Assembly (NCBI GenBank): GCA_902578385.1 | Contig: CACHCR010000001.1 | Span: 146,371 to 210,370, forward strand | Source of the DNA: an uncultured Fidelibacterota bacterium | GTDB taxonomy: Bacteria; Fidelibacterota; Marinisomatia; Marinisomatales; Marinisomataceae | Direction: 5' to 3' | DNA: 64,000 bases | Program-made: the position numbers and the translations under genes | Notes under the pieces: model-generated | Told to the model about the DNA's origin: nothing | Database searches by the model: none | Seen by the model: the letters and a program-made list of their open reading frames with translations, nothing else | Part shown: positions 39,772 through 49,899 of the stretch, piece after piece | Layout of the letters: every line of letters begins with the position of its first letter | Numbering within the stretch: the stretch's first letter is position 1

Positions 39772-40536
39772 ATGAAAATAGCAGTACTTACAAAAGCAAT
39801 ACCAAGTTATGAGTCTAGTATAAGAGTTGATAGCTCTGGAAAGTGGATTGATGAATCTGTAGTTAACTACGTAGTAAATGAAAGTGATTCATATGCTTTA
39901 GAAGAAGCATTACAAATCAAAGAAAGTGTTGGAGGAGAATCTGAAGTTGTTGTAGTTACTTTAGGATCTGAAGCAAACACCTCAAAAGTAATTAAAGATG
40001 GTCTGGCTAAAGGTGCAGACCGTGGTATATTTATTAAAAATGAATCAACTACTACTGATCCTCTATCAATTGCAAAACTATTTGCTGAGAACTTAAAATC
40101 AGAAAACTTTGACTTAATTTTTTCTGGGTTGCAGTCAGATGATATGGGTTCTGGTCAAACAGGTGTTTTAATTGGTGAAATGCTTGGAATGTCAACTGCG
40201 ACTTTAGCCATTGAAACACAGGTTGAGGGTGATAGTATAAAGGTTAAAAGGGAGCTAGAATCTGGATGGTTTCAATGGGTTACTCTTCCTTTTCCATCAA
40301 GCATCTCAATCCAATCTGGTATTAATGAACCTCGATATCCTTCTTTGAAAGGTATAATGGGAGCTAAAAGAAAAGAATTAAATACTCTTGAATCATCTCC
40401 AGAATCTCAAAATCAAAGTTTTTTAAATTTATATGTTCCAAAAACTGAAAAGGTTACAGAAAAAATTGAAGGTGATACAGATACAATAGTGGTTAAGATA
40501 ATGGATATTTTAAAAAATAAATTAAAGGTTATATAA
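39772..40536 (+). CDS. etfB: Electron transfer flavoprotein beta subunit
   Basis: MKIAVLTKAIPS... and NESDSYALEEALQIKE, typical EtfB. I trimmed the start to the ATG at 39772; the ORF track starts at an upstream TTG. Confidence 0.85.
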   Translation: MKIAVLTKAIPSYESSIRVDSSGKWIDESVVNYVVNESDSYALEEALQIKESVGGESEVVVVTLGSEANTSKVIKDGLAKGADRGIFIKNESTTTDPLSIAKLFAENLKSENFDLIFSGLQSDDMGSGQTGVLIGEMLGMSTATLAIETQVEGDSIKVKRELESGWFQWVTLPFPSSISIQSGINEPRYPSLKGIMGAKRKELNTLESSPESQNQSFLNLYVPKTEKVTEKIEGDTDTIVVKIMDILKNKLKVI

Positions 40537-41507
40537 TGGTATTAGTAGTTCTAGAAAATCAAAGAGGGAATATACACCCTTTTAGTCTAGAGGCTGTTGC
40601 TGCAGGGCAAAAGTTTGCTCAAGAATTAAATTGTGAACTCTCTATTTTATGTATTGGAGAAAAAGTTGATGAATTAAGAACTCAAGCTCAAAATTTTAAG
40701 TCTAATAAGCTTATTACTGCTCAAAATTCTTTGATTGATATGTACTCAGCTGATGGATATTCTAAAGTTTTATCTGATGTTATTAGTTCTATGGCTCCAA
40801 AATATGTTTTAATGGGGCATTCATACATGGTTAGAGATTTTGTGCCAAGAGTTAGTGCAAAACTTAGTATACCATTTGTTAGCGATATTATTTCCGTTGA
40901 TTTTAACAATGGTTCACCACTTTTTTCTAAACAAGTTTTTAATGCTAAGCTTGCAACTAATATTGAGGTTTCTTCTAATCAAGCTTTATTAAGTTTTCAA
41001 TCTGCTGCTTTTTCAAGTGATGATATTCAGGAAGGTGGACCAGATTCTGAAGAAGTTTTTGATGTTCAATTAACAGAACAAGATATTAGAACTCAAAGTG
41101 AACCTGAATTTCAAGAATCAGCCAGCGGTGTTGATTTAACTGCAGCAGAATTAATTGTTTCTGTAGGAAGAGGTGTTGAGAGTGAAGATAACCTTCCAAC
41201 TATGCAATCTTTGGCTGATGCAATGGGAGCTGAAGTTGCATCATCAAGGCCAGTTGTAGATATGGGTTGGCTACCACCTTACAGGCAGGTTGGTAGTTCT
41301 GGTCAAGTTGTATCTCCAAAACTATACTTTTCATTAGGAATATCTGGAGCGATTCAACATGTTGTCGGAATGAAAGGATCTAAAAATATTCTAGCTATTA
41401 ATAAAGATGAAGATGCCCCAATTTTTGAAATTGCTGATTATGCTGTTATTGGTGATTTGCTTGAAATTGTACCAAAACTAACTGAGGAAATTAACAATAG
41501 TAAGTAA
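40536..41507 (+). CDS. etfA: Electron transfer flavoprotein alpha subunit
   Basis: The C-terminal FAD-binding signature SRPVVDMGWLPPYRQVGSSGQVVSPKLYFSLGISGAIQH is canonical EtfA. The start overlaps the etfB stop by 1 nt. Confidence 0.9.
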   Translation: MVLVVLENQRGNIHPFSLEAVAAGQKFAQELNCELSILCIGEKVDELRTQAQNFKSNKLITAQNSLIDMYSADGYSKVLSDVISSMAPKYVLMGHSYMVRDFVPRVSAKLSIPFVSDIISVDFNNGSPLFSKQVFNAKLATNIEVSSNQALLSFQSAAFSSDDIQEGGPDSEEVFDVQLTEQDIRTQSEPEFQESASGVDLTAAELIVSVGRGVESEDNLPTMQSLADAMGAEVASSRPVVDMGWLPPYRQVGSSGQVVSPKLYFSLGISGAIQHVVGMKGSKNILAINKDEDAPIFEIADYAVIGDLLEIVPKLTEEINNSK

Positions 41508-41516
41508 GAGCTTATT

Positions 41517-43367
41517 ATGTTAAAATTTTCAATCTTAGAACAAATAGCATTAGCTATTTTCTTATTATCTGGTATTTCTTTTTTTCTTTACCATTTATTA
41601 CTAAGACTTAAAATTATATTAAAAGGTAAATCAAATTTTTCTGTTGATGAACTACCAAAAAGACTCAAAAGAGTATTTGATGAGGTAATCCTTCACAAAA
41701 AAGTAGCGAGTGCAGGAAGAAAGTCTGCTGGTATTTTACATGCTTTTGTAATGTATGGTTTTATTTTCTTTGGTTTAATTACAATTAACCACTTTGGAAT
41801 GGCATTTGGTTTACCAATCTTCAATGATTCCATAAGACATTACTACTTTTTATTTATTGGAGGACCTTGGGCTTTATTATGTTCTTTAGGTATTCTAGGT
41901 TTAGCATATAGAAGATTTGTTATTAAGCCAAAAGCTTTAGGAAAATTTTCCAGCACTTCTGCTCTTGTTTCAGTTTTTATTGTAACATTAATGACAACAT
42001 ACTTTATTGATGAATTACATATTTTATCTGGGGCTGCTGAAAAATTTAATTGGTGGCTTCATTCAGGAGTTATTGGAGGATTTTTATTTCTAATTCCTCA
42101 ATCTAAACACATGCACTTAGTATTATCTCCTTTTAATATATTTTTGAGACCATCTGAAATTCCAAATCACGGCGCAATACCGATTGATATGGAAGCATCG
42201 GAAGAGGAATTAGATAATTTATTACTTGATTTATCAAGGTTAAGTAAGGATCAAGCTCTTGATATTTTTACATGTGTTGAATGTGGAAGATGTACAGACG
42301 TATGTCCAGCAAATAGAGGTGGTGGAATTTTAGATCCAAAGTATCATTTTATTTTAGACCTCAAAAATCCAATGCTAGAAAGCGGTGATGTTAATGTTAT
42401 AGATAAGATTAATGTTGAAGCTGGTTGGGAGTGTACTACTTGCCAGGCATGTACAGAAGTTTGTCCTGTAGGAAATCATGTTGAGAAAGCTGATGAAATA
42501 AGAAGCTTCCAAGTATTGGCAGAAGGCGATGTTCCTCAAGAATACCAAAAGCTTTTAAGAAATCTTCAAGAAACAGGAAATACTGAAGGATCATCATCTA
42601 GCGAACTATTAAATGAGTTACCAGTATACACAGCAGATAAAGAGTTAGTACTTTGGCTTGGTTGTTTTGCTAAGCATGCAATGGACCCAAATTTTGTAAG
42701 TTCAGTTAGAAATTTTGTAAAAATTCTCGAATCAGCTGGTGTCACTTATGGTGTACTCAGTAATGAACAATGCTCAGGTGATCCAGCAAACAAATTGGGA
42801 GATAAATTAACTTACCAATTATTAATGGATCAAAATGTCGAAGAATTAAATAAAGTTAAAAATGTGACAACAATGTGCCCACATTGTGTTGTGAACCTTC
42901 AAAAAGAATACAAAAAATATCATGAAATAAAATATGAGGTTAAACATCATACTCAAGTAATTTCTGAGTTATTAGAAGAGGGAAGAATTAATATCAATCC
43001 GGGTTCATTAGAGAAAGTAACATATCATGATCCTTGCAACCTTTCAAGAACGCTGGATGAAGTATCTGCCCCTCGAAATGCTATTAAAGCTGCTGCTCCT
43101 GAATTCTTTGAATTAGATGAAAGTGGTAAAGAGACTTTATGTTGTGGAGCAGGTGGTGCTTTATGGTGGAAAAAAGATAGCGGAGAAGGTAGGACACATC
43201 TTTTAAGAGCAGAGCAGGTAATTGAATCAAAAACTGATACAGTAGTTACTGGATGTAATTTCTGTTATGGTATGATGAATCAAGGTATTGGGCCCTTAAC
43301 TCCAGCGGGACAGGAAGAAATTAAAGTCAAAGATGTTGCAGATATTGTAGCAGAAAATCTTTCTTAA
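41517..43367 (+). CDS. Membrane-bound Fe-S oxidoreductase (N-terminal multi-TM domain + 2x[4Fe-4S] + two CCG domains); EtfD/HdrD-GlpC-like candidate ETF:quinone oxidoreductase
   Basis: About 5 N-terminal TM helices. Ferredoxin motifs CVECGRCTDVCP and CTTCQACTEVCP. CCG-type Cys motifs (LGC...CSG...CPHC and DPC...CCGAGG...CNFC). Confidence 0.65.
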   Translation: MLKFSILEQIALAIFLLSGISFFLYHLLLRLKIILKGKSNFSVDELPKRLKRVFDEVILHKKVASAGRKSAGILHAFVMYGFIFFGLITINHFGMAFGLPIFNDSIRHYYFLFIGGPWALLCSLGILGLAYRRFVIKPKALGKFSSTSALVSVFIVTLMTTYFIDELHILSGAAEKFNWWLHSGVIGGFLFLIPQSKHMHLVLSPFNIFLRPSEIPNHGAIPIDMEASEEELDNLLLDLSRLSKDQALDIFTCVECGRCTDVCPANRGGGILDPKYHFILDLKNPMLESGDVNVIDKINVEAGWECTTCQACTEVCPVGNHVEKADEIRSFQVLAEGDVPQEYQKLLRNLQETGNTEGSSSSELLNELPVYTADKELVLWLGCFAKHAMDPNFVSSVRNFVKILESAGVTYGVLSNEQCSGDPANKLGDKLTYQLLMDQNVEELNKVKNVTTMCPHCVVNLQKEYKKYHEIKYEVKHHTQVISELLEEGRININPGSLEKVTYHDPCNLSRTLDEVSAPRNAIKAAAPEFFELDESGKETLCCGAGGALWWKKDSGEGRTHLLRAEQVIESKTDTVVTGCNFCYGMMNQGIGPLTPAGQEEIKVKDVADIVAENLS

Positions 43368-43609
43368 GAATTTTTAAAGATATCAATTGCTGAACAAGGC
43401 TCACCAAAATAAATACGTTTAGCATATTTAGTTAAATTCGCAGTGATAATTAAGTATGCCCATGTGGGAACCGTTGCTTTTGAACATCCTTTAATAATAA
43501 CTTTTTGATCTTGATATTTTGTCCAGTCAATCAAGGATACTTTTTCTCTAAAATCTTTTTCTTTAATAATGCCTTCAGTCAAAAAGTCATCTAGATTAAT
43601 ATTTTGCAT
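43364..43609 (-). CDS. Short DUF2480-like protein (suf-associated in Bacteroidetes)
   Basis: EGIIKEKDFREKV..DWTKYQDQKVIIKGCS..VPTWAYLII resembles my recollection of DUF2480 proteins. Only 81 aa. Confidence 0.4.
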   Translation of the reverse strand: MQNINLDDFLTEGIIKEKDFREKVSLIDWTKYQDQKVIIKGCSKATVPTWAYLIITANLTKYAKRIYFGEPCSAIDIFKNS

Positions 43610-44802
43610 TATTTAATAACCTGTATAGCTTTGTTTATTTTTTCTACAAGGAAATCAACTTCTTCAGCATTGTTATAGAAATAAAAACTGACTCTTGCAC
43701 ATGCTGTGATATCAAGAGCTTTCATTAGTGGTTGACAGCAATGATGACCAGATCGAATAGTAATTCCTTCATAATCTAAAAAGTGTGCTAAATCTAGAGA
43801 ATGAATTCCTTCGATATTGAAACTTATAATTGGAGTTCTTTCAGAAGCACTTCCGTAAATAGATATTCCATTAATCGATTGCATTTTTTCGAGAGAATAC
43901 TCATTTAAAGAATTATCGTGTTTTTCTAAGCATATATCTAAATAATTTACTGCTTCAGCAAGTGCAATCACTTGAGCTGCCATAGGAGAACCAGGTTCAA
44001 ATCTATGTGGAATATTTGTCCAAGTAGAATCAGTCATAGTAACTGTTTCAATAATCCCCCCACCAGTTTGATATGGAGGCATTTTTTCCAAAATTTCTTC
44101 TTTACCATACAAAACACCAACTCCAGTAGGCCCAAACATTTTATGTCCAGAAAAAGCATAGAAGTCACAATCTAAATCTATAACATCTACTTTCATGTGA
44201 GGAATGCTTTGACACCCATCAATCATTATTTTTGAACCATTTTTTTTAACAATATCAGTAATCTCTTTAATTGGATTTATTGTACCAAAAACATTAGATG
44301 CGTGAGTTATGCTTACCATCTTAACATTATTATCTAAAGAACTTCTTAAATCATCTAAATTGATAGTTCCTTGTTCTGTTGATTTTAAGTATTTGATTTC
44401 AGCGCCTGTTTTTTTGCAAATTATTTGCCAAGGAATAATATTAGAGTGGTGCTCCATATCAGTAAGTAAAATAACGTCACCAGATTTTAAATTATCATAC
44501 CCCCATGATTCAGCTACAAGATTGATACTTTCCGTAGCACTTTTAGTAAAAACTATTGAATTTTTTGATGCTCCAATAAAATCAGCTATCCTTTTTCGAC
44601 TATTTTCAAAAGCATTAGTGGCTATTTCACCTAATTCATAGACACTTCTATGGATGCTTCCTCCAAATTTCTCATAATATTCTGATTCAGAATTAATTAC
44701 TTGCTTAGGAGTTAGGCTAGTTGCAGCACTATCAAGATAAACTAAAGTTTTACCTCGATTTTTCTCTTTAAGATTTGGAAAGTCTTTTCTGATATCTAAC
44801 AT
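43609..44802 (-). CDS. sufS: Cysteine desulfurase, SufS type
   Basis: PLP-Lys motif FSGHKMFGPTGVGVLYG and active-site RSGHHCCQP. Confidence 0.9.
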   Translation of the reverse strand: MLDIRKDFPNLKEKNRGKTLVYLDSAATSLTPKQVINSESEYYEKFGGSIHRSVYELGEIATNAFENSRKRIADFIGASKNSIVFTKSATESINLVAESWGYDNLKSGDVILLTDMEHHSNIIPWQIICKKTGAEIKYLKSTEQGTINLDDLRSSLDNNVKMVSITHASNVFGTINPIKEITDIVKKNGSKIMIDGCQSIPHMKVDVIDLDCDFYAFSGHKMFGPTGVGVLYGKEEILEKMPPYQTGGGIIETVTMTDSTWTNIPHRFEPGSPMAAQVIALAEAVNYLDICLEKHDNSLNEYSLEKMQSINGISIYGSASERTPIISFNIEGIHSLDLAHFLDYEGITIRSGHHCCQPLMKALDITACARVSFYFYNNAEEVDFLVEKINKAIQVIK

Positions 44803-44808
44803 AATTTT

Positions 44809-45333
44809 TTAATAGAGGCCAAGTTGTAATTTTGCTGCATCGCTCATCATATCTTGATTCCACTGTGGTTCCCATACGAGTTCAACTTCCACTGCTTTTG
44901 CACCACTAAGTGACAATAATTTTTGTTTTACTTCATCAGCAATTACAGGACCCATCCCACAGCCTGGAGCAGTAAGTGTCATTTGAATTATAATATTGAC
45001 TCCACCTTCTTCTTCCTTAATCTCACAATTATAAACAAGTCCAAGATCAACAATATTTACAGGAATTTCAGGATCATAGCACGTATGTAAAACATTCCAT
45101 ACCTCTTCTTCGTTAGCAAAGTTATTAGAACTTAGTTCTCTTTTTTCTTCACCAATTTTCTCACCATCTATACCATTTAATTGATACATATTTCCTTCTA
45201 CCACTATAGTATAATTGTCACCTAAAGATTGAGAAATAATACCTTTTTTACCTTTTTCTAATGTTGTTCTAATTCCATCAGGAACACTATGAACTATTAT
45301 GTCTTCTAATATTGTAAACTCTTTATGCATCAT
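44809..45333 (-). CDS. sufT: SufT-like long-form DUF59 Fe-S assembly protein
   Basis: The C-terminal DUF59 core (CYDPEIPVNIVDLGLVY...TLTAPGCGMG) is preceded by an N-terminal domain of about 70 aa, as in the long SufT family. Confidence 0.6.
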   Translation of the reverse strand: MMHKEFTILEDIIVHSVPDGIRTTLEKGKKGIISQSLGDNYTIVVEGNMYQLNGIDGEKIGEEKRELSSNNFANEEEVWNVLHTCYDPEIPVNIVDLGLVYNCEIKEEEGGVNIIIQMTLTAPGCGMGPVIADEVKQKLLSLSGAKAVEVELVWEPQWNQDMMSDAAKLQLGLY

Positions 45334-45748
45334 TCAATTCCTTCTTAATGTAATCAAGCGACCCTAGAAACCCATTTTGTCTTTGACTAGATATTGCAGG
45401 ACCAAGATTTAGCCATTCAAATAGACTGCTACAATCATCAAAACTATCTATAAAATTAATTATACTCTTTTTTTCTGAATTATTAAAAGCAATTTGAAGA
45501 ATTCGAAGCAACCCTTTAACAATTGTACTTTCAGAAAAAGCTTTCAGTGTTACAAGATCATTTTGATAACTGAGTTGTAACCATGTTTGTGAGGTGCAAG
45601 CATGAATTTTTCTATTTTCAGTGCGATCAGACTCATTGATATGATCAAGCTTTTTGCCTAAATCAATCAAATATACCAATTTGTCTTGTCCATCTAAAAT
45701 AGAAAAGCCATCACGAATATTTGCGAGATTATTTTTTATGTTATCCAT
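45323..45748 (-). CDS. sufE: Cysteine desulfuration (sulfur acceptor) protein SufE
   Basis: KIHACTSQTWLQ corresponds to the SufE active-site GC.S.VWL motif. I trimmed the start to M27 (ATG 45748), giving an 8-nt overlap with sufD. Confidence 0.7.
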   Translation of the reverse strand: MDNIKNNLANIRDGFSILDGQDKLVYLIDLGKKLDHINESDRTENRKIHACTSQTWLQLSYQNDLVTLKAFSESTIVKGLLRILQIAFNNSEKKSIINFIDSFDDCSSLFEWLNLGPAISSQRQNGFLGSLDYIKKELNDA

Positions 45749-46925
45749 CAATCCAGCTATCCAAAGCAATTTCGGATATATCTTGGAGCGATGAAAGAGA
45801 AAAGTCATCAATGACTTCTTTTGCAAAAGCTTTAATTAATATTTTCTGAGCACTTGAATAGTTGATACCCCTAGCACGTAAGTAAAAAATGCTATTTTCG
45901 TCCAAAGCACCTGTAGTTGAACCGTGCCCACATGATACATCATCAGCATAGATTTCTAGTTGAGGATTTGAAAATGCATTTGATTCAAGTGAAAGAAGGA
46001 GATTCTTATTTGATTGATTTGAATCAGTTTGTTGCGCTCCTTCAGCAACAATAACTTTCCCATTAAAAACTGCTGTAGACTTATGATTTAATACATTTCT
46101 GACATGTTGAAAGCTTGTACAATGTTCAGCATTATGATTGATTAAGATATTGTTATCTAAATGTTGCTCTTTTTTGCCAAGATTTAAAATATTAATCTTA
46201 GCGTCACTTCCAATGTTATTTAGGTCAACCTCAATAAACTCTTTATTAAAAAAGGAGCTCTTAACCATCGAATCAACACTTAATGCAACGTCTTTTTCGA
46301 TTTGATAATAGTTGTATGATAGTGAATGTGTTTGTGAGTCATCATTAAAAGATTTTCCATATTTGAAAATTGAAGAATTTTCACAAATAAATTTGTTTAG
46401 CTTCAAATTAAATATTGAATGATTTTCTTTAATATCTTCTTCAATTATAGAAATTTCTGATCCTTCATTGATATGAAAAATATTGAAGGAGGATATCCTT
46501 TTGTTTTCCTCATTTTCAAAAAAATAATTTTTAATGTTAATAACATCTTTAATAACTGAATTATTTTTGAAAGAAAGATAGCTACCATTTTCAAACTCAG
46601 ACATTCCAAGGTTGAACATAGTTTCATTAAAAAAATTTTTTGAGCAATGTAATAGTTTTTTGCTATTAAGCTCATTTAAATTTTTTACTTCAAGTAGATG
46701 AGAATATTTAAAGCTTTTTAATGAATCTTTATCAAGAGTTCCATTGACAAATACAATAGATAATTCATCTGATTTAATTTTTTGTATTTCATTAATAGAT
46801 GAGGATGATTTACTAAAATTTTTGAAATTTTTTGAAGAGGTAAATTTCCAATTTTCAAGTTTTTTGTTGGGTAAACCATTTGTGTTGAAAAATTCTAAAC
46901 TATTTTTTTTAATTGAGTCGATCAT
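45741..46925 (-). CDS. sufD: Fe-S cluster assembly protein SufD
   Basis: 394 aa. The C-terminal beta-helix region ...NPQLEIYADDVSCGHGSTTGALDENSIFYLRARGI is canonical. Confidence 0.85.
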   Translation of the reverse strand: MIDSIKKNSLEFFNTNGLPNKKLENWKFTSSKNFKNFSKSSSSINEIQKIKSDELSIVFVNGTLDKDSLKSFKYSHLLEVKNLNELNSKKLLHCSKNFFNETMFNLGMSEFENGSYLSFKNNSVIKDVINIKNYFFENEENKRISSFNIFHINEGSEISIIEEDIKENHSIFNLKLNKFICENSSIFKYGKSFNDDSQTHSLSYNYYQIEKDVALSVDSMVKSSFFNKEFIEVDLNNIGSDAKINILNLGKKEQHLDNNILINHNAEHCTSFQHVRNVLNHKSTAVFNGKVIVAEGAQQTDSNQSNKNLLLSLESNAFSNPQLEIYADDVSCGHGSTTGALDENSIFYLRARGINYSSAQKILIKAFAKEVIDDFSLSSLQDISEIALDSWIDG

Positions 46926-46926
46926 T

Positions 46927-47667
46927 TTATTTTTCTAACCAAGAATATCCATCTTTTTCAACTTTTTCTACTAGAGACATATCTCCAGATTCTACAATTT
47001 TTCCATCAATCATTAAATGAACAACATCAGGTTTAATATAGTTTAGCAAACGTTGATAGTGAGTGATAATCAATACAGAATTATCTTTATTTTTAAACTT
47101 ATTTACCCCTTTTGCTACCGTTCTTAAAGCATCAACATCTAATCCTGAATCAGTTTCGTCAAGAACTGCTAACTTTGGATTTATAGTCAATAGTTGGAGA
47201 ATTTCACTTTTCTTTTTTTCACCTCCAGAAAACCCATCATTTATAGATCTTTTCAAGAAAGAGTCGTCTAGTCCAAGTTCAGATAATATTCCTTTTGCAT
47301 TATTTAAAAATTCTAATGCATCCATTTCATCCTTACCTTGATGTTTTCTATGAGCATTTAATGCTGATCTCAAGAAATAAGCCATACCTACACCAGGAAT
47401 AGCAACTGGGTATTGAAAACATAAAAATATGCCTTCCAAAGCTCGATTTTCAATACTCATTTCAGTAATATCTGTATTATTCATTGAAATACTACCGCTA
47501 TCTAGTTCATAAGCTTCGTTACCAGCAATGACATTGGCTAATGTGCTCTTTCCAGAACCATTTCTACCCATAATTACATGCACTTCTCCAGCTGGTATTT
47601 CCAAATCAATACCTTTTAATATTGTTTTATCATCGATAGATGCTTCTAAATTCTTGATTTTAATCAT
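46927..47667 (-). CDS. sufC: Fe-S cluster assembly ATPase SufC
   Basis: Walker A GRNGSGKST, ABC signature FSGGEKKK, Walker B LAVLDE. Confidence 0.95.
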   Translation of the reverse strand: MIKIKNLEASIDDKTILKGIDLEIPAGEVHVIMGRNGSGKSTLANVIAGNEAYELDSGSISMNNTDITEMSIENRALEGIFLCFQYPVAIPGVGMAYFLRSALNAHRKHQGKDEMDALEFLNNAKGILSELGLDDSFLKRSINDGFSGGEKKKSEILQLLTINPKLAVLDETDSGLDVDALRTVAKGVNKFKNKDNSVLIITHYQRLLNYIKPDVVHLMIDGKIVESGDMSLVEKVEKDGYSWLEK

Positions 47668-47671
47668 TTTA

Positions 47672-49117
47672 TTATCCTACACTATTTTCAAGGGTTACTT
47701 CAATTAATTGTTTTGCTTCAACAGCAAATTCCATTGGCAATTCTTCAAAAACTTCTTTACAAAATCCATTAACAATCATTGACACAGCATCATCAAGCTT
47801 TATGCCTCTTTGATTGCAATAAAAAAGCTGATCTTCACCAATGCTAGAAGTTGTAGCTTCATGTTCCATTTTTGCTGATGGATTTTTTACATCTATGTAT
47901 GGAAAAGTGTGAGCTCCACATTTATCGCCAATCAATATAGAATCACACTGTGAGAAATTTTGAGCATTTTCTGCATTTTTTAAAATTTTAACTCCACCGC
48001 GATAAGTATTTTGACCTTCACCAGCTGATATACCTTTTGTTATGATAGTACTTTTTGTGTTTTTACCAATATGAATCATTTTAGTACCAGTATCTGCTTG
48101 TTGTTTATTTTTTGTTACTGCTACAGAATAAAACTCACCAACACTATTGTCTCCCTGCATAATAACACTAGGATATTTCCATGTTATTGCAGACCCTGTT
48201 TCGACTTGAGTCCACGAAATTTTTGAATTGTCTCCAAGACAATTCCCTCTTTTAGTTACAAAATTATAAATACCGCCTTTTCCTTCTTTATCTCCAGAAA
48301 ACCAATTTTGAATTGTTGAATATTTTATTGTGGCATCTTTATGTGCAACTAGTTCTACACAGGCAGCATGTAGTTGATTCTCATCTCTCATTGGTGCCGT
48401 GCAACCCTCTAAGTAACTTACATAACTACCTTCATCAGCTATAATCAACGTTCTTTCAAATTGACCCGTATTTGTAGCATTTATTCTGAAATAAGTTGAT
48501 AACTCCATTGGACAGCGTACACCTTTTGGGATATAAACAAATGATCCATCACTAAATACAGCTGAATTTAAAGCAGCAAAATAATTATCAGTTGCAGGTA
48601 TAACAGACCCTAAATATTTTTTTATTAATTCTGGGTGATCTTGAACTGCCTCTGAAAATGAACAAAAAACAATACCATGTTTAGCTAACTCTTCTTTGAA
48701 TGTTGTAGTAATTGATACACTATCGAAAACAGCATCTACAGCCACTCCTTCTAATCTTTTCTGCTCATCTAATGAAATGCCAAGTTTATTGTAAGTTTCA
48801 AGAATTTCAGGGTCTACATCATCAAGACTATCATTTTTCTTTTGTTTTGGCGCAGCATAATAGCTCAGTGATTGGTAGTCAATGGGTTCATATTTAATAT
48901 TAGCCCATGTAGGCTCACTCATTTTTTTCCATTTTTCAAAAGCCTTTAATCTCCAATCAAGCAACCATTGTGGTTCATTTTTAATCTTAGAAAGTTTCTT
49001 AATTACTTCTTCATCAAGACCCGGATCAAATTTTGTTTGATCTACGTCAGTTGTAAATCCATACTTATACTCTTGATCAAGGGTTTTATCAATTACTTGT
49101 TGATTTTTATCTACCAT
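47672..49117 (-). CDS. sufB: Fe-S cluster assembly scaffold SufB
   Basis: 481 aa. YKYGF near the N-terminus and [21 protein letters not shown] near the C-terminus are canonical SufB. Confidence 0.95.
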   Translation of the reverse strand: MVDKNQQVIDKTLDQEYKYGFTTDVDQTKFDPGLDEEVIKKLSKIKNEPQWLLDWRLKAFEKWKKMSEPTWANIKYEPIDYQSLSYYAAPKQKKNDSLDDVDPEILETYNKLGISLDEQKRLEGVAVDAVFDSVSITTTFKEELAKHGIVFCSFSEAVQDHPELIKKYLGSVIPATDNYFAALNSAVFSDGSFVYIPKGVRCPMELSTYFRINATNTGQFERTLIIADEGSYVSYLEGCTAPMRDENQLHAACVELVAHKDATIKYSTIQNWFSGDKEGKGGIYNFVTKRGNCLGDNSKISWTQVETGSAITWKYPSVIMQGDNSVGEFYSVAVTKNKQQADTGTKMIHIGKNTKSTIITKGISAGEGQNTYRGGVKILKNAENAQNFSQCDSILIGDKCGAHTFPYIDVKNPSAKMEHEATTSSIGEDQLFYCNQRGIKLDDAVSMIVNGFCKEVFEELPMEFAVEAKQLIEVTLENSVG

Positions 49118-49464
49118 TATGCTGAAAAGCTAATACCACAACCACATGTTCTTGTAGCATTTGGATTATTAACTTTAAATCCTCCGTTAAGTAAATCTGA
49201 TGAAAAATCTATTTCGCAGCCTCTAACATAAATCCAGCTTTTAACATCGCAGAATATGGTTATTCCATGACTATCAAATACTTTATCAAATTCTTGCTTT
49301 TTATTTTCAAATGTTATTTGATAAGACATTCCTGAACATCCACCAGTATCAATTGTAACTCTAATACCTTTTGAACCTGATTCTTCGTTTTCAATTATAT
49401 TTTTTAATCTTGAAGCAGCTTTTTTAGAAATAGTAATTTTCTGATTTTTTAATTCGTCGTTCAT
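49117..49464 (-). CDS. sufA: A-type Fe-S carrier (IscA/SufA/HesB family)
   Basis: GCSGMSY and the C-terminal CGCGISF cysteine triad. Confidence 0.85.
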   Translation of the reverse strand: MNDELKNQKITISKKAASRLKNIIENEESGSKGIRVTIDTGGCSGMSYQITFENKKQEFDKVFDSHGITIFCDVKSWIYVRGCEIDFSSDLLNGGFKVNNPNATRTCGCGISFSA

Positions 49465-49465
49465 A

Positions 49466-49777
49466 TTAAAGACCTAATTTTACTTTACCTTCCTCTGTCA
49501 TCATTTCTGGATTCCATGGCGGATCAAAAGTTAGTTCAACATCAATTCTCGAAATATTATGAATTGAAGACATTTTATTTTTTATGTCATCAATCATATA
49601 TTGACCCATTGTACAACCTGGGGTAGTTAGAGACATAACAATATCTACTGTGTATTTTTCGTCCTCTTCATTGATTTTCAAGTCATAAATTAACCCAAGA
49701 TTCCAAAGATCAATTGGAAGCTCAGGGTCATTGCATTGCTTGAGCACTTCAATCACATTATTTTTTATATTTTTCAT
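49466..49777 (-). CDS. Short DUF59 SUF-associated Fe-S assembly protein
   Basis: CNDPELPIDLWNLGLIY...LTTPGCTMG is the DUF59 core. First gene of the suf operon. Confidence 0.7.
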   Translation of the reverse strand: MKNIKNNVIEVLKQCNDPELPIDLWNLGLIYDLKINEEDEKYTVDIVMSLTTPGCTMGQYMIDDIKNKMSSIHNISRIDVELTFDPPWNPEMMTEEGKVKLGL

Positions 49778-49899
49778 ATAAGGGAAGAAATTTAATTATC
49801 ATAATATTTATGTCCTATAGTTTTACAAAAATTTTAATTTTCATACTCATTGCTATGTTAAATTCAGTAATGTAAATTGTTTCTCATTTGGAGAAAAAA

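Noticed and set aside
49778-49899. Looked for a Bacteroidetes-type promoter (TTTG ... TAnnTTTG) in the suf/korA divergent region
   Set aside because: Only imperfect matches are present (for example TAGTTTTA), and these are expected by chance in sequence this AT-rich. Not reported as a feature.
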